This document shows positions 20,095 through 32,200 of a stretch of 64,000 nt of DNA, in pieces (the first letter of the stretch is position 1; every line of letters starts with the position of its first letter). The DNA lies in assembly GCA_025558095.1 (NCBI GenBank), contig JAIVFI010000015.1, forward strand, positions 620,001-684,000. The letters run 5' to 3'. The stretch is from Hyaloraphidium curvatum SAG 235-1. Taxonomy: Eukaryota > Fungi > Monoblepharomycota. Both the position numbers and the translations under genes were made by a program. Under the pieces are notes generated by a model, which saw nothing but the letters and a program-made list of their open reading frames with translations, did no database searches and was not told the origin of the DNA.

Positions 20095-21999
20095 CTACTC
20101 CCCCTCCGCCGTCCAATCGAACCCCGCGAACCGCACCTTGTACCCCTCCACCGCCTCCGCCTCCCTCTCCTCCCCCTCCGCACACCTCTTCCAGTCCGCA
20201 AACGCGGCCGGCAGACCCAGCACCTCCGCCAGGACCGCGCGCGGCAGCGCAAACGGGAACGCGAACGGGCGGGGCGGCAGGCCCTCCTCCGACTCGCGGG
20301 GGGCGGAAGGCACGAGGGTGATCGACTTTCCGCCCAGCGCGAGGCGGATGTACGGCCGCTCCGGGTCCGCGGGTGCCCCGCGCGCGACGCCGGCCCACCT
20401 CGCCTCGTCCTGCGCCCCCGCATCCTCGAGCACCTCCATCCCCGCGCGCGCGCCCTCCCTCCTCGCGACCCCGGCGAGCGCGCCAAAGTCGGCCAGGGAG
20501 AGGGGCACGGGGACCAGCTGCACGCACGCGTGGGCCTGCCGCCGGCCGTCGGTCGGCGGGCCGGCGTGGGCTTCGAACAGCGCCACGGCGTTGCCGTCCG
20601 CGAGCTCCATCTTCCCGACGCCCGCGACGAAGCGGCCCATCTCGTCGAGGACGGAAAGCGCCTCGTCCTTGGCCTCGCCGTCGGGGCCGGCCAAAGAGCG
20701 GAGCAGCTCGGCGACGCTCCCGACGTGGCCCACCGGCACCGCCATCGCGTGTCCCCCCGTGAGGGCGCCCTTGGGCGCGGCGAGGTACGCGTTGCCGCCG
20801 ATCGAGATCAGGAGGTGCGAGGCGAGGGTGGGCGAGGAGAGGCAGAACCAGCATTCCTGGGGCTGCCTCGACCTCGGGGCGCCATGGGAGCGCGGGCCGG
20901 CGTCGGAGCGCGAGGGGCAGTCCTGGATCCTGTGGCCGGGGGTTCCGCAGATCCGGCACACGTAGCCGTCGGGGAGCGGGCGGTCGTGCCCTTGCCCGTG
21001 GTCGGGGGCGTCGCGCGCCGGGCAGAGGCGGATGTAGTGGCCGGGTTCGCCGCAGCGCCGGCAGATGTAGCCCTCGGGGGGCACGTCGGGGTCGCCGCCC
21101 GCGTCGCGGCCGCGGCGGCGCTTGTTCCCCGAGGGGGCGGGGCCGGCCGAGGCGTCGAAGAAGAAGGACGAGGGGGCGTCGGTGTCGTCCCGCGGGCGCT
21201 TGGACGGGCCGCCGGCGGAGGAGGAGAAGGCGAAGGGGTTCGGGGTGGCGTTGGCGGGGCGCTCGCGGAGCTTGGCTGCGGGCATCTTTGATGCGGGCAC
21301 GAGGGCGGCGGCAAAGAACCACCGCTCCTGCTTGCCCTTTGCGCCGTCGGGGGGCACGGGGCCCAGCAGCACGCAGCGCGAGATGGACCCGCCGGGGCCC
21401 GCGAACGGCTCGCGCTCGAAGAAGCGCGGCGAGGGCGCGGCGATGTAGCGTGCGGCGGCGGTGGCGAGCAGCGCGGCGACGGGGTCCCAGCCGTCGGCGG
21501 GGGGCAGAACGAGGGGCGGATCGAGCGCGGCAAAGGCGGGGGAGAGCAGCGACACGGCGTGCGGCGGGGCGGGCAGCAGCAGCAGGTCCATTGGTGCGCC
21601 GGCGCCGCCCAGCTGCGCGGCCAGCGAGCCCGCCTGCAGCGCGTCCGACAGGTAGCCGATCCGCAGCCCGCTCTGCGTGGTGTACAGCCCGCGCGCGCCG
21701 AGGAACAGCAGGTTCGGCGCGACGTCGCCGCCGTCGGCCGGCAGCAGCGGGTGCCCCGCCGGCCCCGCGAGCAGCGTCGGCAGCGGCACTTTGATGTTGC
21801 CGCCCAGCAGATCGGCCAGCTCGGCGCGCTCGGCCGCGGTGCCGTCGCCGTCGGCAAACACCGGGCCGACCGACGCGCACAGCTCGAACGGGCCGTGCTT
21901 CGCCTCGATCGCCGCCACGCGCGACGCAAACGACCGGAAGCGCCCGCGGATGCCGCCGACGAGCAGCACGCGCGCGGCGGGGGCTCCCTCGGCAGCCAT
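20095..21999 (-). CDS. CWF19L1: CWF19-like 1 / Drn1 (lariat debranching-associated) protein
   Basis: N-terminal pseudo-metallophosphoesterase (AKHGPFE…VG, NLLFLG..G, FFEREPF), two CCHC knuckles (YICRRCGEPGHYIRLC, YVCRICGTPGHRIQDC), and CwfJ C-domains (CWFCLSSP…HLLISIG…YLAAPKG…VPVGH; DWKRC…F..FDWT). Confidence 0.9.
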   Translation of the reverse strand: MAAEGAPAARVLLVGGIRGRFRSFASRVAAIEAKHGPFELCASVGPVFADGDGTAAERAELADLLGGNIKVPLPTLLAGPAGHPLLPADGGDVAPNLLFLGARGLYTTQSGLRIGYLSDALQAGSLAAQLGGAGAPMDLLLLPAPPHAVSLLSPAFAALDPPLVLPPADGWDPVAALLATAAARYIAAPSPRFFEREPFAGPGGSISRCVLLGPVPPDGAKGKQERWFFAAALVPASKMPAAKLRERPANATPNPFAFSSSAGGPSKRPRDDTDAPSSFFFDASAGPAPSGNKRRRGRDAGGDPDVPPEGYICRRCGEPGHYIRLCPARDAPDHGQGHDRPLPDGYVCRICGTPGHRIQDCPSRSDAGPRSHGAPRSRQPQECWFCLSSPTLASHLLISIGGNAYLAAPKGALTGGHAMAVPVGHVGSVAELLRSLAGPDGEAKDEALSVLDEMGRFVAGVGKMELADGNAVALFEAHAGPPTDGRRQAHACVQLVPVPLSLADFGALAGVARREGARAGMEVLEDAGAQDEARWAGVARGAPADPERPYIRLALGGKSITLVPSAPRESEEGLPPRPFAFPFALPRAVLAEVLGLPAAFADWKRCAEGEEREAEAVEGYKVRFAGFDWTAEGE

Positions 22000-22586
22000 T
22001 GTCGGGGGGAGGGGGGAGATGGAGGTGGTGTTTTTCTCGGGCGTCTCGGGGCCGAACGCGCGGCAGAGGACGCGAGCCTCGGAGGACGGCCCTGGAAGCG
22101 AGAATGGGTTCGGATGGATTCCACGGTTGGATGATACATACATGCTCTGGATGGTCTTGTACGGTGGCTTTGGTCCGCGGTTTCGCGCTGCCGGCGACAC
22201 GAAGAAAGGATGCCGCGACCGCACCCAGCACCGCGCCAGATCCGGCTCATGGAACCCGGCCGAACGAGAAGTGGGGCAATATGCGATTCGAGCAAGGAGC
22301 GCTTTCCGAAGGATCTGTCTGCAAAAGGCGGAGATCGACGCAGGATCGGGTCGGTATCCCCGGCGACTTGCACCGTCGTGGATCAGGCAATGAGCCCGTC
22401 GGGCCCAAGCGGCACAGAAGCTGCCTCGTCGAAGCCGGGCCGGCGATTTCGGGCCATCCGATTCCACTGGCTTGAAGCGGCGTGACGGACGGCTGGTTAA
22501 GCCCTTGACGCTCCGCAAGTCAGTCAGTCAAGCCGCATCCCGTGCCGGTGCTCTCCGCAGCGGTCCGGGCCCGCCGTGGAGCAGCG

Positions 22587-25500
22587 ATGAAGAACTTCTT
22601 CGGCTTCGGGAAGGGAAAAAGGGGCAAGGATGCGCGGCGGGAAGCGGAGCCCGGCCCCGCGCCGGAACCCGTGCCCACTCCGTCGCCGGCGTCTCCCGTG
22701 CCGGACCCCGCCCCCGCCCCCGCGCCGGCCCCGCCGAAGGCCGCCCCCGCGCCGACCCCCGATGCGCCGGCACCGACCGCCGCCCCGCGCCCCGCGGCAC
22801 CGACGGCGGCCCCGGAAGCCGCTCCCGCGCCGGCGAAGGACGGTGCCTCCCCGAAGGCCGGTCCCGCGCCGAGAAAGGACGATCCCGCGTATTGGCGCGC
22901 GCGGCTCGCGGGGCGGACCCGGTTGGACGCGATCGGGGAAACCCTCGGGCCCGCCTCGGCCCGTGCGCTCGCCGAGGCGCTCAAGGGCAACGCGATGCTG
23001 ACCGACCTGGCCCTGAGCATCGGTCCCGTCGGGGCGGACGGCGCCCGCGCGCTCGCCGGCGCGCTGAAGGGGTGCCCGGCGCTAGCGGCGCTGAGGCTGG
23101 GGCCGGGTTCCCTCGGGGTCGAGGGCGCGCGTCTGCTCGGGAGCGCTCTCCAAGGGAGCCCGGCGCTGGCGACCCTGCACCTCCGCGGGAACTTTATCGG
23201 AGACGAAGGTGCATGCGTGCTCGCGATGATGCTGGACCGCAACCCGGCGCTGGCGGATCTGGACCTGGAATCGAACTCCATCGGCTACGAAGGCGCCTCG
23301 GCGCTGGCAGAAGCGCTGGAGGGGAACCCGGCCGTCGCGATCCTGCACCTGGGCTCGAACCGCGTTGCGGACGAAGGCGCTTGCGCGCTTGCGGAGGCGC
23401 TCAAGTGCAATTCGACTCTGACGGGTTTGTGGCTGTCCCGCAATTCGATCGGGGATCCCGGCGCCATCGCCCTCGCCGGCGCACTGTCGCGCAATTCGGC
23501 GCTGACGGACCTGGACCTGCACGCGAACTCCATCGGGCACGAAGGCGCCCGCGCGCTCGCGGAGGCGCTGAAGGACAACTCGACGCTGGCGAGGCTGAAC
23601 CTTAGGTCAAACTCCATCGGAGACGAAGGCGCCCGCGCAATCCTTTCCGCGATCGAGCTCAACCCGTCCCTGAAGGGGATCAGCTTGGACGACAACGGAA
23701 TCTCCCGCGCGCTGCTCGAACAGATCGAGAGGGACGTCGGGGACCCGGGCAGGTCCGAGAGGGCGAAGAAGAAGCGGCTGGACGCCGAAGCGGAGCGGCG
23801 TAGAAAGATCGCCCCGCCCAAGGAGGACGACGCGGCGTACTGGCGGGAACTTCTCGCGGGACAGCGGGTTCTCGCCGCGGGATGCCGGCTTATCGGGGAC
23901 ACAGGAGCCCGCGCCCTCGCCGAGGCGCTCGGGGGGGCATCGATGCTGGGCCTGGTCCTGCACAACAACCACATCGGGGATGCGGGGGCCCGTGCCCTCG
24001 CGGGGGCGCTGATGGTGAGCACCGCTCTGAAGGATCTGGACATGGGGAGCAACTCCATCGGGGACGAGGGCGCCAGCGCGATCGCCGAGTCGCTGAAGGG
24101 CTGCTCCGCGCTGACCCACCTGAACCTTTACAACAACTCCATCGCGGCGGAGGGTGCCCGCGCGCTCGCGTCGGCGCTCAAAGCGCATCCGGCCCTGACG
24201 CGCCTCATCCTGGAAAGCAACTCGATCGGCCCCGGGGGCGCCCTCGCGCTCGCGGATGCGATCAGGGAGAACTCGGTCCTGGTCACCCTGGACCTGCGCC
24301 GCAACGCCATCGGCGACGACGGCGCCCGCGCCCTCCTCTCGGCCCTCGAGCTCAGCACGTCTTTGGAGGAGCTGCTCCTGGCCGACAACGGGATCTCGGG
24401 CGCGCTGCGCGATCGGATCGCGGCGGCCGTCGGTGATCCGGGGAGGAAGCAGAGGGCGATGAGAAAGCGGAGGGAGATCGCGGCGGAGCGCCTCCGGGAG
24501 GCGGAGCGGGCGAAGGAGGAGCAGCAGGCCGCGCGGCAGCGGCAGCGCGAAGCGGACGAGGCCGAAACCCGCAGGAAGCAGCAGCGGCTCGAGGACGAGG
24601 CCCGGGCGCGGCAGGCGCAGGAACGGGAGGCCGAGCTCGCCCGCCGGCTTGAGGAGCTCCGTTTTCGGGAGGAGGAAGTGGAGCGGAAGATGGCCGAGGC
24701 CGAGGAGAGGGCCAAGCAGGCGCGTGGGGACAGCGGGTACGAGCCCCCGATCACCCCGCGTCCGGCAACGAAGCCTACATCGCCCGTGGGTGACGGCGCG
24801 AGCGCGAAGAGCAGCTACGAGATCGACCCGAAGGACCTCGAGCAGGGCCAGCACCTCGGAGCCGGAGCCTTCGGCACGGTGACCGCAGGATCCTACCAGA
24901 AGCACACAAAGGTTGCCATCAAGATGATCCGTGACTCCAACCTGTCGGGCCGGCAGCTCGAAGGGGCCATCGCTGGGCTCGAGCGGGAGATGGAGGTGTG
25001 GTCTCGACTGCCTTACCACGTCAACGGTGAGTTCCCCCGTGGTCCTCTTCCGTCGGGCACTCACGCACGTTGCAGTGCTGCCGCTTATGGGCTGGTGCCG
25101 CGAACCGCTGTGCCTCGTTACACTGCTCATGCCCGGCGGCACTGCCAAGAAGTACCTCGCCGGACTGAAGCCCAAAGCGTACGAGCCGCGCGCGGTGCAC
25201 CGGCTGCTCTTCCAGGTCGCGCTCGGGATGAACCACCTCCACTCGCGCCCGACTCCGATCCTGCACCTGGATCTAAAGGGCGACAACGTGCTGGTCGACG
25301 AGAACGGAGTCGCCAAGATATCCGACTTCGGCATGTCCAAGATCCGAGCCACAGCCGCGCTGCACTCCACGCAGCGTTCGGGTGGAACGGCGGTGTTCAT
25401 GGCCCCCGAGGGTGAGTTCTTGCAGCAGGCTTAGCCGCACGTATTGGCACCGCTCAACGCCCTTTCGTCATCACAGCATTCGCCAGGCCCAGGGCCAAGC

Positions 25501-25802
25501 CGGGCACCGCGACGGACGTCTACGCCTTTGGCATGACCATGTGGGAGCTCCTGTCCCAGGGCGACCTCCCCCTCTTTGACGAGCTCATGGACGAGGACCT
25601 GCTGATCCCCGGGCACGGCGTGGACATGGAGGCCTTCGGCGAGCGCCTGCGGAGCGACCCCCGGTTCAGGCCCGAGCGGCCGCGCGGAATTCCGGATGCC
25701 ACGTGGGCGCTCATGCAGAGGTGCTGGGCGTTCGATGCGGCGGCGCGGCCGGCGTTCGGGGAGGTTGCGGACGAGCTGAAGAGCATCCTGGACTCATTCT
25801 GA
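22587..25802 (+). CDS. Cytosolic RI-type LRR + coiled-coil + TKL protein kinase, 3 exons
   Basis: Pro/Ala N-terminus, 28-aa LxxLxLxxNxIGxxGAxALAxAL repeats, and kinase motifs GAGAFG, VAIK, HLDLKGDN, DFG, APE, DVYAFG. Introns near 25028-25075 and 25412-25477. Confidence 0.9.
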
Positions 25803-26158
25803 TTAATTCGCACTTGACACTTTGTATTGGTTCGTTGCCCACGCCTCCCTTACCTGCCGTCACCAATAATTGAATGCAAATCGAGCGAGAAGCTGCTTTC
25901 TAGAGACACGTTAGAGACGCGCATGGGTAGCCCTTGGGGGAAGAGATCTGATGGAGTGAAGCCCGCCACCGGCACGTCGTCGGTCACTGCCGCTCCATCG
26001 CGCAACCAATTGTCGTTTTCAGGATCCTTGAGGCAGAAATGCGGCGCTTCATTGACGAGTGAATGTTTCGAGGCACTGGTCCAGCGCGGCCTTCGCACCC
26101 AAGCGCAGGGCGCTAGCGCGTCCGCCCGAGCAGAGGGCAGCGACGCGTCCCACGCGCG

Positions 26159-26476
26159 TCACTGCTTCGCCTGCTCGCCCTCCGCACGTCCCGAGCCCCC
26201 CGGCCACGCGACGGCGACGCGCTTCGCGGCCTCCTTCGAGTCGACAACAGGAAGCACCTCGAAATCCGCCAAATCCTTCCATTCCGCGATCCACTTTTCG
26301 AACAGCACCGGATCGTCCGTCTCCATGAGCTGGAAGCACCTGTCCAGCTTGTCGTCCGCGACGACCCACGAGTTCACGTAGCGCAGGCCGGGGGGCAGCA
26401 TCCGCCCGCGCGCGGCGGCGCGCGCGTACACGGGCGCGGGGCCGCGGGGGAACTTCTCGACGACCATGTAGAGCAT
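26159..26476 (-). CDS. DUF3303-family small protein (bacterial-type), intronless
   Basis: MLYMVVEKF…VYAR…GRMLPPGLRYVNSWV…RCFQLMETDD…WIAEWKDLADFEVLPV matches the DUF3303 pattern as recalled. Confidence 0.82.
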   Translation of the reverse strand: MLYMVVEKFPRGPAPVYARAAARGRMLPPGLRYVNSWVVADDKLDRCFQLMETDDPVLFEKWIAEWKDLADFEVLPVVDSKEAAKRVAVAWPGGSGRAEGEQAKQ

Positions 26477-26814
26477 CGCGCGGTGGGGGGCCCAGGGTGT
26501 CCGGGGGGGGAGGACGGAACGGACGCGATTCGGAGTTGAGCGAGTGGAGCCGTGCCGTGCTGCCATTTTCCGACCGCCAGAGAAAGAATTAGAAAAGCAG
26601 CGAGCTCCCGGCCGTGCTGGATGGATGCAGGCTCGGAAGCACCGCACGAGGCTCCATCTGCAGCTTTCCAGGTCTGGATCCGCCCCCAAGGTGTGCTTCG
26701 AATGGAAGGGTGCGGCGGAACTTTCGCGGGCGGGTTCGCGGCCGCAGCCTTTCCGCCCCCTTCGCTGCCGCCCTCCCGCCCCAGCCGTCGCCAATCGCGC
26801 GCCGCCCGCCCGCC

Positions 26815-27542
26815 ATGGTGTGCCTGCCTCCCGCCCGCGCCGCGCCGCGCGCCAATCGGCCCCGCCCCCGCGCCAGCCCGCCGGAATCGCGTACCACGTC
26901 CGCGCCACGGTAAAGGACGGCAAGCTCGCCGACGCGGAGCAGGTGATCGCCAACGTCCTTGCCGAGAGCGCCAAGCTGCCTGGGACGATCGAGTACGCGG
27001 CGTACGTGACCCCGGACGGGAAAGAGGTGCGTTTGCAGGATTCTCGCGGCGCGGAGGACCCGTGCTGACGACACCGCGTTGCCCGACGCAGCTCCACGTG
27101 TACGAGGCCTACGGTGGGCATTCTTGCCGGCGTCGCTCATGGGTCCGCGTGGCCGACGCGCTCCTCGTCCCGCAGACGACCCGCAGACAGCCATCGACCA
27201 GGCGGACGTCCTGGTGCCCTTCCTGGATCGCGTGGGGGCGAGCTGCGAATTCACGGACATCTGGGTGTTCGGCGACGATTTCGGCACCGGGGAGGACGCG
27301 AAGAAGTTCAAGGAGATGCTGCTCTCGTACGGGGCCAAGTTCATGGTGCGGGCGTGCCGGATGCGGATCGAGGCGCGGCTGATGGACGCGTTTCGCAGCG
27401 GGTCAGCGGCAAGGCGTACGTGAGATCGTGAGCGGATTGCCGGTGGATGCGGTGCCGTGCGATGGCGCAAGAAGATGGTGGGCGGCAGGCACCGTCGGAC
27501 GGCAAAGCCGGCGCCTTCGTCGGGTTCATTCTCGGCCTCTAG
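26815..27542 (+). CDS. ABM-like dimeric alpha+beta barrel protein, 5 exons
   Basis: ATG-only first exon, then spliced PAGIAYHVRATVKDGK…PGTIEYAAYVTPDGKE|LHVYEAY|DDPQTA…IWVFGD. The PGT..Y / E.Y pattern is typical of ABM monooxygenase-like barrels. Confidence 0.65.
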
Positions 27543-27752
27543 AGCACAGCGCTCAGCTCTGTAGTTGTTTGCTTTAACTGATGGTAGGATGGAGCGGAAC
27601 TGCTGCAGAATCGGAAGCTCGATCGCGAGAACCCCGACGCCTTCGCCACAGGGCCCACCAACTTCCGACACGTTTCGGTCCGGCGCTACACCGCAAAGAC
27701 CCGAGCCGTCCCGCGTTCCCGTCCGCCGCGCGCCATCTGCGATTCGTCTGCG

Positions 27753-29177
27753 ATGGCGGACAAGCCCAACCCGCGCTGGAAGGTCCGGCCCCAGGGTGAG
27801 TCCCGCGCGTGGGAGACGGGAGACACCCGACACCTCCGGCTCACCATCCCGCCCCGCCTGCCCAAGACTCGACCTGGGGCGACTGGGGCCCGGACGACCA
27901 GATCGGCCGGCTCAACCTGATCAACGAGCAGACGGTCCTCGCGGCCGCCAAGGAGATCCGCGACGGCAGGCGGTTCTGCCTCTCGCTGCCGCTCGACAGG
28001 CCCGGGGGGGAGGTGCTCTCCCCCGGCCGCCCGCCGCCGAAGCTCAGCCCGACGGAATACGTCAAGGGCATGCCGCAGTTCAACCAGCCGCTCGTCACGC
28101 TGGGCCAGAACTTCTGCGACGTGTGGGTGTCTCCGCTACCATGCTTGCCTCTCCTGGTCTGACGGATCCAGCGTTCCAGGGGTTGCGATGACAGGGTCGA
28201 CCTCGTCCTCCAGCACTCGACCCAGTGGGATTCCCTCGCCCATATCGGCTCCGTCTTCGACAAGGACGGCACCGGCAAGCCCGTGATCTGCTACTACAAC
28301 GGCTACTCGGCCGAGGACATGGTGTCCTCGGGGATCTACCACCCGGACGGCAAGTACGAGGACGCGCACAGGGAGCACAAGGGGGCGACCAAGCTGGGGA
28401 TCGAGAACATCGCGGCGACGCCGGTCCAGGGCCGCGGGGTGCTGATTGACCTCGAGAGGAGGTGGGTTGCGCTCGGCGTTGCGGCGACGGAAGTAGCTGA
28501 TTGGTGTTGCTCCGACAGGTACGGAAGGGAGAGGCACCGCGTGAGCTGGAAGGAGCTCGAGCAGATCATGAAGGAGGACAACATCGTGGTCGAGAGCGGC
28601 GACATGGTCCTCTTCTAGTGCGTCTTCCCCATGCCCCGTCGGGCAATCTCGTGCTGATTCGCCCGCCATTCCAGCACCGGCTACGGCGACGTCGTCATGG
28701 AGCAGGGCGACAACCCCGACAAGTCCGTCCTCCTCTCGTCGTGCGCCGTGATCGACGGCCTCGACCCCGGGATTCAGCAGTTCTTTATCAAAAACGGCAT
28801 CGTTGCTGCGATTTCCGACAACTACGGTAGGAATAGCGTTTCTCCCCGGCCTTGGGATCCGCCTGACGGTAGCGTTCCCGCCAGCCGTCGAGGCCTTCCC
28901 CGAGCCCAACGTCCCCGCGGACCCGAGCAAGCCGCACCCGCTGCTGCCCCTTCACGAAGTTCTGTGAGTAATTCGGGTCGTCCCGCGTGTGGTTCCGCAG
29001 CTGACCGCCCCCGGAAGCCTGTTCAAGCTCGGCGCCTACATCGGCGAGCTCTGGTGGCTCACGGACCTCGCCATGCACCTCCGCGAGACCAAGCGCTCCC
29101 GCTTCTTCCTCACCGCGCCGCCGCTGAGGCTGCCCGGGGCCGTGGGGTCGCCCGCCAACGCCGTTGCGACTACCTGA
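27753..29177 (+). CDS. Putative cyclase / kynurenine-formamidase-like metal hydrolase, multi-exon
   Basis: WGDWGPDDQIGRLNLI, LQHSTQWDSLAH, GRGVLID, SDNY|AVE, IGELWWL, FFLTAPPLRLPGAVGSPAN. Confidence 0.9.
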
Positions 29178-29266
29178 CCGAGATTGCGCGCGATTGTGCG
29201 TTTCGCGATCAATAGACAATCCAATTCAGAGCAAATCAGATAAAGTACTTGCAACGATTGACTTCA

Positions 29267-32200
29267 CTATCCGAAGAGAGAGTACTGCATTCCCGCCAAC
29301 TCCTGCTCGACCACCAGGAAAGTCGGCCGATCCGCGGGCTCGTGCTTCCAGCAGCGCTCGATCAGCGCCCAAAGGGCGTCCGGGACGTCGTCGTCGGGCC
29401 GCTTCGGCCTTGCCTTCTCGACCGCGGCCTGATACATGATCTGAAGCCAAGGTCTTTGTCAGCGCGCGATCGGAGAGACGTCGAACGGCGCGAAGCCCCA
29501 CCGCGTGCACGTTGATCATGTGGTCGAACGGATGCCTCCCCCTGGATACCACCTCGGAACCAAGCATCGCGAACGAGTAGACATCGGCCGGCGGCCTCAG
29601 GTGCCCGGTGGTCAGGACCTCGGGGGCAATGTAGGCCGGGGTCCCTCGCACGCCGCCCACCGCCTCCGTCGTCGAAGTGCGGCAGACCTCCAATCGCACC
29701 CTGGAGAGGCCGAAATCCGCGATGACTGCGCGACCGCCGTCTATGAGGACGTTTACGCTGCAGGTGCAAGTAAGATGAGTCCAAATGACTGCAGATTTTG
29801 ACCATGGCGACCAACCTCTTGAGGTCGCCGTGCAGCACACCGCATGCGTGGAGGTAAGCCATGCCCGTCGCAACCTCAAGCATGAAGCGAAGTCCGAGCT
29901 TCTGATCCCAGTTTCGCTCTTTCAAGTATTTGCGCAGGTTTGCTTCGGCGAGATCCATGATCATCATCGGAGGCTCGATGCAGAAGCCCATGAGGGGGAG
30001 GACTGCGGGTCCCGCGGGTCAGATCCAAACTGGAGCCAGAGCGGGCGAATCGAAGGTTTACCGTTCCGTTGGACCAAGCCTTCCCAAGTGGCCACCTCCT
30101 TGGCGAACCTCGCCATCGTCCTGTCGTCCAGTTCCCCCTTGATCGTCTTGACCGCGACCGTGGTGGTGCCGCGCAGCTTGCCGACGTAGACGATGCCGAA
30201 GCCGCCTTCGCCGAGCTTCCGGGTGCGATCGATCTCGACCTCGTGCTCGCTGACAAGCAGCTTCGAATTTGAGGACGATATCGAGGAGCCAGTGCCGGTT
30301 CGGGTGGCGAGTGCGCGCGGCCTGCTTCCGTCGGATACGTTTTCGGCGGCGGGCACAGAGCCAACGGGTGAGACGGCCGTGACGTCCTCCGTGACGATGC
30401 TATGCGAAAGGGCGGCTCTGCTTTCGTCAACTGGCACGGATGTGTTGGCGGATTTGGCCGATGCTGCTGTAGATTCCCCCGTGACGAAGGGATAAGAAAG
30501 CGCATCGCCCGAGGGAAAGGCGGTGCCGCCGGCTGTGATGATTGCGGTTGGCGATGGAACGGAGAGTCCGGTTCCCGACATCTTCTTCGTCAGCCCGTCA
30601 TCGAAAGCAGGGACTGAGCCTAGATGGCGAGGAGACGCGCCGGTTTCGGAGTATGCGGTCGCAGACTCCAGCGTGTGATCGTCCACGACCACTGTAGCCG
30701 CATTGTGCATCACCTCCGCAGCACCTGAACCGCCCTTCTTTTCGGGCTGCTCATTCCAGTTGTCGGAGGGAGCAGGACTGCGCGAAAGAGCACTGGAATC
30801 CTTCCTCCTGTGTCGTGCATACAGGATGACGCCAGCCACGAGCGCGACGAGAGCAAGCCCGCCCACGACACCGCCGACAATGGCACCGATAGGGACTTGC
30901 TCGCCCGCGACCGGCGCAACAGGGTCGGGCGTCGGCACGGCAGACGTTGGCACAAGTGATCTTGGCACCAACGTGAACAGAGAGCTCGCATTCTTCTGGC
31001 ACGCGCCCGCAATAACGCTGTCTGATGCTGTACTCATCAAGCAGGATGGATAGTACTTGCCACCGAGGTGAACTTCCGTTAGGGTGCCCGTCGTATTGAA
31101 GAAGAATAAGTTTGATGCGGTCCTCCACCTTGCCCTGCGCATTAGAATTCCAGGGCAGGTGGAGACTGTCAGGTATTTGAAGTCATCTGCACTCGGGACT
31201 GTCGGAAACTCCAAGCATTGATTGCTGCCAACCCCAACTTCCAGATAACGCTCCTCGTTGGAGCGTCCTGATAGGGCAGGCAATACCAGTTGAAAGCTCA
31301 TTCCGTTTCCTGGATTGAGGGAGCATCCGGAAGTGGAACAGACAAGGCCCTTCTCGCTGTCAGGAGACGCCCGGCGGACGGCGCGTCCTGCCCTATCACG
31401 AGGAACGAGGGGGATCCGGGCGGTCCGGCATGGGAGCCGACCGCGACCGGCGAGGCAACGGGGACGAGAACAGGGGGGCTATAGACTCAATACGAACGAT
31501 GGGGTACACTGGAAGATCTCTACGCTATTTATAGTCCGCACGGGCTTGCGCAACTGGCGGGATTCGTAACTGGGAGAAGGTTCGAGAAACCGGGAGACAG
31601 TTCCGTCTCAGAAGCTTGCGTCAGCGGGTTCCTGACATCTCGCCCTTCCGCACGAAGAAACTGTTGTTTAACATGACCGGCGGTGGCTCCGCCACAAAGG
31701 CATCACTTGAATAGATGTAGCTTGGCGGCGCATCAATCCCTCCCCAAGCTCGGACGATGCCGTCAGAAAGGAGTGCAAGGCTGTATGCAGTGCCTGAGGC
31801 AATCTGCGCGACGCCGGGCAGATCTGTCGGAACGTTGGTCTGGCCCATCCGGTTCTCGCCCCAGGCACGCACAGTCCCGTCTCTGAGGAGTGCCAGAGTA
31901 AAGTATCCTTTGGCAGCAACCTGAACGACATCACTCAGATCCGCAGGAACATTGCTCTCCCCGTTCCCCAGCCCTGTCGGCCAGATGCGAACTCGGCCGT
32001 CCGACAACAGGGCAACTGAGTGCATGACACCTCCCGCAACACGGGACACTCCCTGTAGATCCGAAGGTGGGGTCTGCCTGCCTCTGTCTCCCCAGGCAAA
32101 GACTGAACCGTTCTTCAACAAAGCTACGGAATGCCAAGTGCCTGCGGCGACCTGAGCAACGTCCTTTGTCGACCAATCTCCAGGTGGAATATTGAGCTGA

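Noticed and set aside
20084-22373. Long overlapping ORFs (715 aa, 521 aa), and similar ones at 23607-25400 and 34527-36887
   Set aside because: Arg/Pro/Ala-rich shadow frames of real GC-rich genes, with no domain motifs.
22930-24400. Regular ~84-bp repeats that could mimic a CRISPR array
   Set aside because: They are degenerate coding LRR units with no identical repeat and unique spacer structure, in a eukaryotic context with no cas genes.
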